Shown: positions 51,201-64,000 of the stretch, piece by piece
How positions within the stretch are numbered: the first letter of the stretch is position 1
Layout of the letters: each line of letters starts with the position of its first letter
DNA from: Antedon mediterranea
Lineage: Eukaryota; Animalia; Echinodermata
Reading direction: 5' to 3'
DNA: 64,000 nucleotides
Assembly: GCF_964355755.1 (NCBI RefSeq)
Contig: NC_092671.1
Location: 3,782,001-3,846,000, forward strand
Position numbers and translations under genes: made by a program
The notes under the pieces: model-generated
What the model was told of the DNA's origin: nothing
Database searches by the model: none
Seen by the model: only the letters and a program-made list of their open reading frames with translations

Positions 51201-53945
51201 CTAGCACCATTTGTACATTTCTTCAAGTATTCCTTCAATTTTAGAACACATATCTTTTGCAACAGAAATGGTTGTTTTATTTAAATCTGCTTGTGGGCGT
51301 CCATGTTTGTCATCGTTGTTGAGATCACTGAAGTCTTGCAGCCATTTAAAATCATCATTAATTGCAGGTTGAATCTAGCAAAAACGAAATGAAATTACAA
51401 ATGTGTGTTATGTGCCTCTGTAATATTATACAATTTGGAAATAACATTTAAAAAACATCTTAAATAAAAGTCGCTCGTCTATTTGGGCAATAACGATAAT
51501 ATTTATTATTAGTAGTAGCAGTCTATTATTCAATTCATAATCATTTAATTATGTAAATTTTGATAATTATACGGTTTGTGTCATTTCATTTAGGTGACCC
51601 TACTAAGTGGAATTTATATAATAGACACTTACCGATTTAAGGTATTCAAACAGATCTGGTAATTCATTTTCAAAGTCTACCCAGTGGCTTCCTTTTAGTT
51701 GCTTTAGCATTTGGGTTTCAACCGATCCTCGATCCTCGTTTCAAATAATAATGAAATCTAAAGACTTGGGGTTAGCCTTAACCTTCTGCTGCTGCTCATT
51801 GGGTTTGGGATAACCATGTTTGTTTCCTAACAACGCCATAGCATGGTTTAGTGAATTACGTCCTTTCTGTAGCACGGTAGATATATTAGCAGATATGTTA
51901 TCATCATCCATTAGAATGCTGTATTCCATTTCAAGTTGACATGCTCTTAATGCTTTTAATTCTTGACCCATCACAGATCCATCATCAAAAGAAGGCAACA
52001 CTTCTGCAAGTTCTTGTTTCAGATTAAACTCTTTACTCCAGTTTTCGTCATCTTTAGCGACTGAAGCAATATTTTTCAAAGCAGACATTCTCAAATCAGT
52101 ATCTTCCATCTTTTTCGTTTCTTCTAACAATCGTTTCGCACCAACTAAATTCCCCCAGTTTGTCGACTCCGTGAACTTTTCTATCGCTTCAAGTTTATCT
52201 CCTGCTTTAGTTGCACTCTCTCCTTCTGCTACAAGTAATTCTACTCTAAGTTGTTGACGGGTGTCGATTTGCTCTTTCGTACAAGTATAGTTTATTATAC
52301 TTTCTAACATATCTCTACATTCGTCAAGGTTTCCTATCTTCAAATTCATCTCAGCGACTTTAAGACGTGTAGCTGTCAATAACTTCTGATCGCCATAGTT
52401 ATATGGAAATGATCGCAAGGCTCCTTTATAATAAGAACACGCATTCTTAAAGTCACCTATCATTTCATGTAGTTTTGCATTTTCTAGATTCGGTTGAATT
52501 TTATCTCGATTTCTCGATCGTTTAATTTTAATATTGAAATGTTTTTGTAAAGATGTGATTAGTTTATTCACGTGACTCTGCTGCTCATCTATAAACTCAA
52601 TATGCCCATTCTCGGAAATGTTCTTTACGAATGACGTAACAGCAATCTTTAAACACTCTTGCTTTCTGAAAACTGCCTCATCATATTCCGTTATATTGTT
52701 CAAGTACTTTGCATAATTGCGGTTTATGTCGAAGCTATCAAATTGATCTTTAAAATTAGATAGTAAGCTACCATACACTAAAACAACTTCGTCGTGGTCT
52801 CCCAGCAAGGCTAAAGCATTTGCCTTATCTATTCTAGCTCCGACGTCAGATGGTTTCAGACTGATTGCAATTTCAAGACACTCCAATTGTTTGTTTGGGT
52901 CATTCTTCTCCCGGTAAAAAACTGCCTCTTGAACAAAGATACATGCTGCTTTATCGTAATTTTCTTTCGCATATTCTATAACGTTATAAGCTTTCTCATA
53001 GTATATTGAATCGTATTTAGGTTCACTGCATTTCCAGTTTCCTACGCTTCTGCATCGGCATTCACACATTCGGATATAGCATTGAGCTATAAGGCTCAGA
53101 ATTCTTGGCCTGGAGGCGTTTAGTGTTGCTTCTTCGAGTAACTTCATTATTTTCATTATACAAGGATCAAGTTTGTTTTCGAATACAAGACTGTGGCCAA
53201 CATCTTGTTCGGATTGTAAACGGTTCTTGACCTCTTGTTGATATTTTCTTCTGTATATATCAGCTAAGATCGTCTTGGCATAGGCATGATCAGAATCTAG
53301 TTCCAATACTTCAACCATGATTTCTTCAACACGATTCATTTCATTAGACCACTCACACTTGTTTAGATTATGTTTCTGTCTTCGCCATGTTATGAGTCCA
53401 AGCATAAACCTCCACTCGACATTTTCTGGACATATCTCGGTTGCTACTTTCAGTTCAGTCTCACTTTCTTCGTACCTAGAAAATGATAACCTAGACAGCG
53501 CGAAACCTTTGGTCACATGGACACTTGCTTGAAACCGTCTCTTGTATTCTTCTGTAGAATCTTCATATGTTTTAAGAATTCTGTCCAATTTATGGTAGCT
53601 CTCCTTTTTTTTACGTTGATTGCTTGGAAACCAACACTTTAATGCCAAATATATTGATTTATAACCATCTTTTATTGACTCCGCGTCAGTTAATTCTGAT
53701 ATGGCACAGAACGCTTTTGCATTTTTTTGCTTCGCTGTCGCAATATCCTTTTCATCGTTTCCTTTAAATTCTGACATGTACAAGTAGCTTTCAAACAAAA
53801 GTGCCTCAATGGTGAATGATTTGTTATCCTCCTGGTGTTCAGCAATTGATTGTTTTAACGATTTGAATGATTTAGAAGTAGGCCTAGGCTTATTTTCAAG
53901 TTTCCAATTAGCATGAAAATTGACGTGTTGTAAATCACGTTCCAT
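51201..53945 (-). pseudogene. IFIT-like TPR-HEPN paralog C (734-aa ORF; premature TGA at 51743-51741)
   Basis: The frame is otherwise intact to donor 51633 and terminal exon 51374-51201 (IQPAINDDFKWLQDFSDLNNDDKHGR...KWC*). The TGA aligns with CGA (Arg) in paralogs A and B. It may encode a truncated protein. Confidence 0.8.
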
Positions 53946-55731
53946 TTTGGCAAGTCACTGTCAACAGAAAAATTATTAACATTATTTAATTTGACTGATA
54001 AGAACAATAACGTACAATATATCATTCTGTATTGACACTGACAGATCTCTTATACGATCAAGTCCGGTAAATAAGAACTTTGGACATCATTTAACTCCCT
54101 ATATGATAATATTGCGGAAATTCTTTATTGGTCCTAATTAGAAATAGGTTATGGCTAGTCACAGATATAACTCATGTAGTCAAGTCTTCAACATTTTCTC
54201 ACTCCAATTAAAAGTATAGTGGGGTGAGGCGATGTTATAAATCTCAGAAAACTCCATTATATATATATATATTTGGCTGATTGGATTTAATCATCCACCA
54301 CTGAACATTTTTTTTTGCTAGCACCTCAAATACGGTAGGCCTACAGACATAGGTCCTACGCATCCCATTTGGCCTTAACTAATACCAATTTCAATTATAT
54401 TCTGCTTCTAAAATGCGTGTAACATAATTGCAGCACATGATTAAACGTATTGCTTTGCAGTAAAGCATTATAAATGTCAGTGTTCTATGGCATCACAATT
54501 CCGACAGGTTTAGTATTGATTATTTAATGTTACTACGTGGCAGTGATCATAACAACGTTTTTACAATAACTATATATTTAATACTACATAATATAATATA
54601 TAGTAGTTTTTAAGGCAGAGGCTTTTTTATACGATTAGGTAGATGTAGAAGTGTAATGCAATGTAACGTCCTTGTGTTGCGTCATAGTGGGAACCAAGCT
54701 TTTACGGGCATCAATACAGTTTCCAGTAAGTTTGGCCTAAGATTTTAGACATAAACCACAACACGCAAAATAGGCATCTAAAAGTGTTATCAGATAATGT
54801 TTAGCTCACGTTATGTGAATGGTAATTAGATTATAAATGATATCATTGTTTCAAACAATAACATATAGGCATACTTACAATACTATGTTACCCTTAATTC
54901 GTTGTCCTTCAGTGTCATTATAATTGTGAATAATATAATTATTTTATTTGGAAATTCCCGGTACCATGAGCATGCGTGACTTTAGACTGTTTGTTTATAC
55001 TTTGTGAAATATATAATGTACCGACGTGTGGTTTGTAATCTCCATAATGATTTAAAATCAACATTTTGTTAATATTGTATTTTAATTGAAACCTATTATT
55101 CTACTACAAAAATTGTGTTTAATTTCCGGTTTCTTGCGCCATTACGTGTTTTCAACATTGTGTTTAGGTCAATTATTGGAAGATATTGTTTACAACCAAC
55201 TAAATTAGTTGAAAACTGCAGCTTTCCTTAAATGAAAATTATTAAAACAATCAACATAGATGTTGATATAACGTTTGCAGTAGTCTGAGTTCCAGACGGA
55301 GTTTTGACTTAATAAGCTTCAGCTAGACAAACATCGAAGAAAAGCCCCGAAATAACTACATACTTTGCGCAAGTCTATGTTTGCAGGTACACCACGTATA
55401 TATGGTTCTGAAAAGAACTGTTGAGTTTCGACGTTTCCTCAGGAGTGATATATAAATAAACATAAACAAATAATATTGTTTTTCGCTAATTAAGACACGT
55501 TACTCTAATAATCATAACATTATACTCTAAGGTAATTGACTGACACTTTAGCAAGTAATTTGTCAAATCACAAACAGCGGTTTGGATGATGATTCATCGC
55601 GCAAGAAAAACATACTAAGTAAATATTTAAGAACCAATGATAGAACTATCACTACTAATCAGTAGACAAAATGCGCAGATTCAATGGGGAGACAAACACA
55701 CGTTGTCATACCCATACGTTCAATTTTTCAA

Positions 55732-58451
55732 TCAGGGTTCTTTTTCAGTGATCCAGCACCATTTGTAAATTTCCTCAAGTATTTCTTCAATGTTAGAACA
55801 CATATCTCGTGCAACAGAAATTGTTTTACTCGAGTTTTCTTGTAACCGTCGATGTTTGTCATCGTTGTTGAGAGTATTGACAGCTTGTAACCATTCGAAC
55901 TTAGCATTTGTTGCAGGTTGAATCTATCAGATAAAAATTCGTATTATTATTAGTATATGTATCTCTAGAATAAATAACATATTTCGTAGGAATACACAAA
56001 TTAATTATAAATAGATATATACCTATATGATGTGTCAAATTACTACAAAACACTTATATTACTTTAAATATTTCAGGATGCAGAATATGAGACAGTTTGT
56101 TTCTACTTAGATGTTGCTACTCAAAGAAGCTATATAAAGGGAAACAAACTTACCGATACAAGATATATCAACAGAGGTTTGAATTTATTTCTAAAATCTT
56201 TCCAGTCTCTCTGTTTTAGTATCTTTTGAATTCGTTGATCAACAGTTTCAGGTGGTGTTACTTTCGGAATAATAATGAAGTCTACAGATCTAGCTTTGGA
56301 ATTTGGATAATGTTTGTTTCCAAATTGCTCCATAGCATGGTTTAGTATATTTCGGCCTTGCTGCAGTACAATAGAGATGTTAGTGGCTATTTTATCATCA
56401 TCCATTAGAATGCTGTATTCCATTTCCAATTGACATCCTCTTAATGCTTTTAATTCTTGGCCCATCAAAGATCCATCATCACAAGAAGGCAACAGTTCGG
56501 CAAGTTCTTGTTTCAGATTAAACTCTTTACTCCAGCTTTCGCTACCTTTAGCGACCGAAGCAATACTTTTCAAAGCAGACATTCTCAATTTGGTATCTTC
56601 CGTTCTTTTTGTTTCTTCTAATAGTCGTTTCGCACCAACTAAACTTCTCAATTCTGTTGCCCGAGTAAATATTCTTATCGCTTTAATGCCATCTCCAGAT
56701 GCAGCTTCTTTCTCTCCTTTTGCTACAAATAAGTCCATTGTAAGTTGACGGACATCTTTCTCTTTTACACAAGTCTCGCATTTAATAATCGCTAAAATAT
56801 TACTACAAACATCAAAACTACTCATCTTCAAATTCACTCGAGCGAATTTAACAAGTGTCTCAATCTCCTCGGCGTGGCTTGTATTTGGTGCATGTGCATA
56901 GTGATATGCTTTCAAACCCTCTTTATAATAAGAACAAGCATTCTTAAAGTCACCCAACTTTTCGTGTAGCTTTGCATTTTCCAAATTTGCTGCAATTTTG
57001 TCTAGACCTTCTGAATGTTTAATTTTGCTATTGAAATGGTTTCGCACATATTTAACGATTTTATTAACAGCGGTTTTATACTCATCTAAAAATTCCACAG
57101 GTCTATTCCCAGAAGTGGTTTTCGCGAATGACTCAAGAGCAATGTCTATACATGCTTGGTTGCTGCAAACTGCGTCACGATAGTCTTCCTTCAATGCAAG
57201 ATAACGTGCATAGTTTTGGTTTACGTCAAACAAGACAATTGGATCGTCTTTGAAATCAGATAATAGATTATCATACACAACATCTACATCATCATGTTTT
57301 CCCAGAGAAGCTAGAGCTTTTGCCTTTTGCATTTTGGCTGCAGGGTCAGATGGCTGCAGTCTTATCGCATTTTCAAGACACTCCAATTGTTTGTTTGTTT
57401 CATTCTTTTCTCGGTAAAGAATTGCCTCTTGAACAAAGATACACGCTGCTTTACCGTATTTTTCTTTCGCACATTCTATAACGTCATGAGCTTTTTTATA
57501 GTATATTGAATCGCATTTGGGTTCACTGCACTTTGTTTTGACTCTTTTACATTTGCATTCACCCATTCGGATATAGCATTGAGCAATGAGACTCAATATT
57601 CTTGGCCTCAAAGATGACTTCTTTGCTTCTTCGAGCAAATTCAGTATTTTGAAAATAAGGAGATTTTCTACGTTTTCGAAAACAAGACTGTGGTCAACAT
57701 CTTCAACTTCACTGTATGATCTTTTTTGGTTAAATCCTTGATGATATTTTCTTCTGTATATATCAGCCAAAATCGTCTTGGCATAGGCATGACCAGCATC
57801 TAGTTTCAATACTTCGTCCATAATTTCTTCAGCTCGATTCAATTCATCAGACCACTGAGACGGGTAAAGTTTACGTTTTGGTATTCGCCATGCTATGAGT
57901 CCAAACATAAACTTCCACTCAACATTTTCTGGACATATCTCGCTTGCTAGTTTCAGCTCAGTTGCGCTCTCTTCGTACCTAGAGAATTTTAATCTTGACA
58001 GAGCGAAGCCTTTGGTTGCATGAATACTTGCTTCAAACTTTCTCTTGTCTTCTTCACCACTATGCTTGTATACTGTCAGTAGGTTACTGAGTTCCTTTAA
58101 GTGTTCTTCTTTATTGCTGCGTTTGTTTGCAAACCAACACTTTAATGCCAAATACATTGACTTATAACCATTTTTAATCGATTCAGGTATTCTATCAGGT
58201 AATTCTGATATTGCACGAAAGGCTTCCTCATTTATTTCTTTTGCTTTCGAAATATCCTTCTCATCGTTTCCTTTAAAATCTGACATGTATGTGTAGCTTT
58301 CGAATAAAAGTAGCTCGATGGTGAACGATTTTGTATCTTCCCGGTGCTCAATAATTGATTGCTTTAATGATTTAAATGATTTACATGTATTTTCGAGGTT
58401 CCAATTAGCATGAAAGTCAACATCTCGTAAATTAATAATGTTCGGTTCCAT
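55732..58451 (-). CDS. IFIT-like TPR protein with C-terminal HEPN-like domain, paralog D (intact, 829 aa)
   Basis: Exons 58451-56154 (766 codons) and 55923-55732 (IQPATNAKFEWLQAVNTLNNDDKHRR...EKEP*), phase 0 GT-AG. TPR patterns include ELKLASEICPENVEW, EVLKLDAGHAYA, LENAIRLQPSD..AKALASLGKHDD and AKLHEKLGDFKNACSYYKEGL. Confidence 0.88.
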
Positions 58452-59328
58452 GATGTCGGTCTAAACCTGTATCATATCAACAGAAAAATAAATAATTATT
58501 TATACTTATTATATATATATTACCAAATATTAATAATTCTGTATTATTTACAAAATACGTGATTATTTTTAGGGAGATCATAATCAGTTGGTAAAAACCA
58601 GGTGGGCGTGGTTATACGAAATTAGGTCAATAAAACATTGGGTGTACACTCGCTCAATATAGAAGCTCATTTCATGGAAACATCTACCATGTACCAGCAA
58701 CATTCACTTAAACTCTCTATCGTAGTATATGCCCTCTAGCTTGTAGCACATCAAACTGATCTAAGCCTTAGCCTAGGTTAGTAGCCCAAGTGTGTCTTAC
58801 CCAAGTACGTTCCTGGCTGAATCATCCGCAGGTTAAACGTATGCCTATCAAAAATAGTGATAATATTTCCAAAACACAAGATAGAATGATAGAATAGGCC
58901 TTCACTGCTAATATTACAATACATTATTTTGAGAAAATGCCTGGAATTTCCACACAAGACGCGCATGCGTGATAGACATCCTGTTTTGTGCAGTGAATCG
59001 TAAGATGCCTGTATTCATGTTCTCAAGGTCATGACCTATTGTAGCATGGTAGGCCTACTGTATGTGAGTATAATAACATAAGCTACAGCCACCCGGGAGA
59101 TTTCTCCATTCTATAACACACGTCAAACTTCAAGGAATGCTAACAAAATGATTAATCATAATGAAAACATCGTTTAGACTGAATGTATAATGACATTAGT
59201 CACAAGTCTTTTCATGCGCGATACTGAAGAAATACAGTACTGTACTTCGATATATGACAAGATGTGCAGCGAAGCGTAACCAACATAATAATTTTGTCTA
59301 TGTCACAATGGATCAGCCTTTGCTTGGT

Positions 59329-61064
59329 GGGTGTCACGAAAGCTCAGACCACGAAAGCTCAGACCCCCTAAGACCCCATTTACACTTACGTTTGGGTCCA
59401 GGGCCGGTCCTGGGCCGGTTGCAAATATTTACCTTTTAGGCCGGCCCCAGAGCGTTTACACTAGCGACGCAGATTACTGGTCGTAAATAATTTTATCGGA
59501 AGTACCATTGCATGCTGGGATACGAAGTACAGTTTGTTTACATTTTTCTCTCTCGATCGTCAATTCAACTCTCCGCGCGAACCGACCGTTTTATATTTAT
59601 ACTGTATTGTTGTTTTTTGTCCCATTAAAAACAAAATGAACCCCACTGTTTTATATATAATATGGCTATATTTTATGTATATGCGAAACAAGCGGAGGAA
59701 TACTTTATTGAAAGAAGATGTCTGAAAATAAATTTAACTATATAATGAAGAAAACAAATTGTCGCCCGGAAAGGAGGAAGGTACGGTATGTACTGAGAAT
59801 GTCGGATCGTCATAACAACAACCTCATAAAAAGGTTAAACGTTGTTCACGGTTCACTGCGTAAGCCGGCCCAAACGTAAAAGCCGCTCCTGAACCTACCT
59901 GGAGAGGTGGCCCAGATCTGCGTCCGGCCCAGGGCCGGCCTAACTTTTTGGAGTATTTACACTTATCAATTGCCGACCCAGGGCCGACCCAGGGCCGGCC
60001 TAAATCGTAAGTGTAAATGGGGTCTAAGACCTAAGATCACGAAAGCTAAGACCCAACACCTAAGATTACAAATATTTATCTTTCGCACCTGCCTTGTATT
60101 TTAACTCCCAACATTTATTCTGAATACCACACCTTAGAATTGGCACTTTCATGAAAAAGAATCACATAAAAAGTAACAAATACATTTTTAAATTGATGAT
60201 TTTACAGACGTTTTTCTCGCACACAAAATGACTAGCCTACAGTACAGTAGGCCTACCCCATGGGCCATGTTCAATGTTTTTGTTTCTATGGAACGTCAAA
60301 AGAGCAAAAATTATATAGAGGGCTGAAAACTCTGTGGAGTCCATCTACAGTGTGGATGGAACAATGTAAAATTAAAATTGTAATGATAATAGTATAATCA
60401 TGCAAGTACGAAGAAATAAATACTGGCAAATAAATTTTAATTTAAAAATCATGATAAGTTTTTTTGTTTCGTTTTCTTTCTGTTTTTATACTTGTACTAT
60501 TATTGTTGCTCTTTTGGCGCTCCATAGAAACAAAAACATTGAGCATGGGGAGGAGTTACATTACAGTAGGCCTATACAAAGAAACACATCTGTAAAATCA
60601 TCAATTTAAAGGATTTATTTATTTGTTATTATGTGTTTCTCCTTCTGAAAGTACTTATAAGTCCTAATTTTAAAGTGTGGTGTTCAGGATAAAGTTAGTC
60701 AACAAATTTGGAGTCAAAATACAAGAAAGGCAGGTGCGTAAGAAAAACATCCTCTGAAGCAACACAATGGAGTAAATATATACCAACAAACAACCCGTCA
60801 AGTTTGTTTGTTGTAAAGAAAAAATATACATTTACTCAACGGGCGAAAATAATGTGAGTTTATCTATGTTTTGCGGTAGTATTAAATTATATTTATGGTA
60901 ATAAATGAAACCTACTGTGTTTAAAATTATGTATGGATAAACAAGTATTGTTTTTAAGCTGTAGTATATCTTAGTATTTGTAATCTTAGGTGTTGGGTCT
61001 TAGCTTTCGTGATCTTAGGTCTTAGGGGGTCTGAGCTTTCGTGGTCTGAGCTTTCGTGACACCC
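59329..61064. mobile_element. Non-autonomous foldback/Mutator-like transposon with 10-bp TSD
   Basis: TIR GGGTGTCACGAAAGCTCAGACCACGAAAGCTCAGACC... (~90 bp, internally repetitive). TSD TTTGCTTGGT at 59319-59328 and 61065-61074. Additional internal inverted repeat ~60084-60310 / 60500-60738. Confidence 0.9.
59372..60024. mobile_element. PIF/Harbinger-type MITE nested in the left TIR of the element above
   Basis: TAA-GACCCCATTTACACTTACG ... CGTAAGTGTAAATGGGGTC-TAA. Removing it plus one TAA restores the outer TIR. Confidence 0.9.
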
Positions 61065-62156
61065 TTTGCTTGGTTCCCATTAGGACGCAAAACAGAGGGA
61101 CGTAAGCGCACCAATAACATAATTGGTATAGGTAAAGTCACCAAAGGAAGTTTAATATTGATATTTTTCATTTTTAAATCCAACATGGCCGCCATGCAAT
61201 CAAAATGTTAGTTACGCCAAATTATGTTTGGTGACCCCATATTACCATATAATTTGCACCTAAAATCAGAACTCTAGGTGCCTTTTTAGCAGAGATATAC
61301 CTGAAAAGTGAACAGTTGGGCCATTTCATATTTTTGACACCCTAATCATGGAGTAAAGAATACTCCATGCCCTAATGAATAACTGTGCAAATTTTCAGAA
61401 TGTTATCACAATTTGAAGGATGGGTTCACTTAACAGGCCTACTAAATTGCCTGCGCAAGATCATATTGAAATGTTTGAGATCGTATAACATTATCACCTA
61501 ATAAGTTAGTTTAAAATAAAAAACGTTTATTGTGAAAAACCATTATTTAAAGATGTAATGTCATTTTCTACAGGCTAGGAATAATTTCCTCTTACCGCCC
61601 TCTATAAATTCCACTTCTTGAGACATATCTAATAATTTTGCGTCTTCAAACTATGTTATTTCGGTCGAAATCTGCAGATCTGATGATCGTGTATTGTTCA
61701 TATTTCACTTCAACGATCATAATTGCCATCCGGAATAACAATATGTGATTGTGATATCGATTATTATCAAGTGCCACGATGCTATCTAACTTTAATTTAA
61801 TTACTAAGAACATACTCCATGCTAAGAACCTGGCCCGATAATAGTAATGCTGACTGGACTAATCGACAAATAATAAAGTGGACACTGAGATGGATCTGTT
61901 GACGTGATGACATTCTGCTCATCATCTACTTCTGATTGTTTACATCATAAAACATCTGCTGTTTTCGCCAGTCAACTGAATTCTTTTGCTGGAAGATGAC
62001 GCGTCTTGTGTACTTCTCAATGCTGCAAATGACAGCGTAGTGTAGTAATGAGTTAGAAATTCAAATATGGTATATACTTATTCGTTTTTTTCCTCGAGTT
62101 TAACGGTGCAATGGTTGATTTAATTGATCGTATGGATTGATACAATACTATAAAAT

Positions 62157-62232
62157 ATGTCGTCGCTGCATAAGAAAAAACTAACCCGAGCTAAGGTTGT
62201 GGTGCTAGGAAATGAAGGGTGCGGTAAGACAG
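62157..62232 (+). CDS. First coding exon of a Ras-like small GTPase (RERG/RASL11/RASL12-like)
   Basis: MSSLHKKKLTRAKVVVLGNEGCGKT then G|GTAAGG: beta1 strand plus P-loop GxxxxGKT ending at a phase-1 donor, the position typical of this subfamily. Downstream exons were not found in the window. Confidence 0.75.
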
Positions 62233-64000
62233 GTAAGGCCGGATAAAGGGTTGGTTTTCATATGGTGTCCATTTGTGGTAATACTGTATCATTTGACTTT
62301 CAACTTTTATTCTTTTTTGGGTTTAATATGGCAGTGTGTATATATCCGGTGTGTGACGAATCGTCATACCATTCATGCTACCAGCTTACTTGGTTCAGGT
62401 CCTTTCACGGATCACTGTTTTGTTTGAGGAATGAAAATTTCCATGGAGAATATGGAACTGCTATTTGCATTCAACTGTTGCAATTAGGATATTTTTGTAC
62501 CAGTGGAGATTCATCCAATTGATAAGTATGACAAACACCACATCGTGTCGGCCTAACTACATAACATTACGCCATGTTTAAACGTAATGTTATGGACATT
62601 GTGTTATATATCTTGATTTATTTTGTAATATTTAATGCAATCAATGAGTAGCGAGTGGTATCCGTCGCATAGAATTCAAAGACTATCCGTTGAACCATTT
62701 CGAAATTTACGAAGAGAAAAGAAGTTGGTGTGTGGTACCGTACCAAATTATATATACAGCTAGTAACCCAATGGGCAAAATTGTTGATTAACACTGGTTT
62801 TGTGAGGTGTTTGTACATAACATGATTCCACGCTGCAAATCACAATTGTTATAAACTGTCTCTCCGTTGGTAGGAATATAATCGATCCTATGACTGTCAG
62901 TTTGTAATAAAAAGCCCTCAATTTATTTATTCAAGTTTATAGGTTTAATATAATCGACTCTCATCCTATATATACGTTGTTAGTGATAAAATAAACGATA
63001 GTCAGTTCACTGGAACTTTACGGTGAATTTAATTTGGTGCTTAGCGTAAAACGCCAATAACATATACAGTACCCGCCTTCTCTGCACCCTGGCAAATCAC
63101 ATTAAACTCAACCAATGGAAAACAAACCCAAATACTATGTGTATTCATGTGTGTATTCATTCAAAGAATTAAAAAATAACTGAAATTCAAGAAACTGTAT
63201 TCTGCCGTAACCCTTTCATTTATTATTTTAAAACATTAAAAAAAATTACATACAAATTATAAGAAAATATTGTTTAATATAATTAAAGTGGAAGACGACC
63301 TCATTCGTGACATTAGAGGACCGTCGTCGGGATTCAAACCAGGATCTTCTAATAGTACGCGAGGTAGCCTACTGCATGAGGGTAAATGCCAAGGGCAATG
63401 CGTCACCAGAACTTTAAAAACATCTTGTCTTTGAAAACCTAAAAAAATATTATGACGGTTCGCTGATTGAAGTACAGTAATAAGCTTAAAATCATTTTAC
63501 AAAGAAGCTAAATTGCCGAGAATGAGAAGCTTCTATATTATTATAAAAACAATTACTAATTTTGATCTACTTTGGAGTAGCTTTGCGTCATGGTGTTGAG
63601 TGATTTGTACTTTATACTATAAGTACATTGAGACTTGCAAAAAATTCGCAAGTAATTCTCGGGTGGGACTCGAAGATAAATACCTTCATTACTTTAAGAA
63701 TCCCACTAATTCTAATGATCCGCATACTTTTCTTTTCTTGCTACTTATTTGATTGATTCCTTCTTTGTTGCTTCTTATTTTTCTTCTCAGTGTTCAAAGA
63801 AAGCACTCTAAAAATGTGGTATTTATGAAGTAGTAATAGCAATGTTAATAGTGTAGAAGTGCTTGATACATAATGCAGACCAGAATAGAAATTTAATTCA
63901 ACTTATTCCAAAAGACACTAAATCCGGTTTGTTTTATTTACTGACTGAACTGTCGACGTGAATATTATTTTTTAAAGATGATGAAAAAGAACAATAAAGT

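Noticed and set aside
59329-59375. Short repeats CACGAAAGCTCAGAC suggestive of a CRISPR array
   Set aside because: These are sub-repeats of a transposon TIR, with no unique spacers, in a eukaryotic context.
62262-62818. Short ORFs after the GTPase exon
   Set aside because: Intronic, with no GTPase G2/G3 motifs or other similarity.

Overview
AT-rich, intron-containing animal DNA. The repeat and immune-gene content suggests a marine invertebrate, possibly an echinoderm (inference only). Left half: a tRNA-Arg(ACG), an 8-coding-exon CDK4/6 gene (+) and a convergent HRG-1/SLC48A1 heme transporter gene (-). From about 32.9 to 59 kb lies a minus-strand immune-like cluster. It has four full-length paralogs (one intact, one with a single nonsense codon, two frameshifted) plus remnants of an ~830-aa protein with an IFIT-like TPR body and a C-terminal domain carrying HEPN-ribonuclease-like motifs (RNxLNH ... 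QP ... WL ... NNxDKH). Each copy is preceded by a conserved kappaB-site/GCATG module, and a tandem-DED + TRADD-N-like adaptor gene sits inside the array. This putative RNA-sensor/RNase-effector locus is the main candidate for an undescribed system. Also present: a Penelope-type minimal hammerhead ribozyme, P-element-like footprints with 7-bp TSDs, nested MITEs, Deu/Nin-type SINEs, LINE fragments and the first coding exon of a Ras-like GTPase. All domain calls come from motif recognition by eye; no database search was run.
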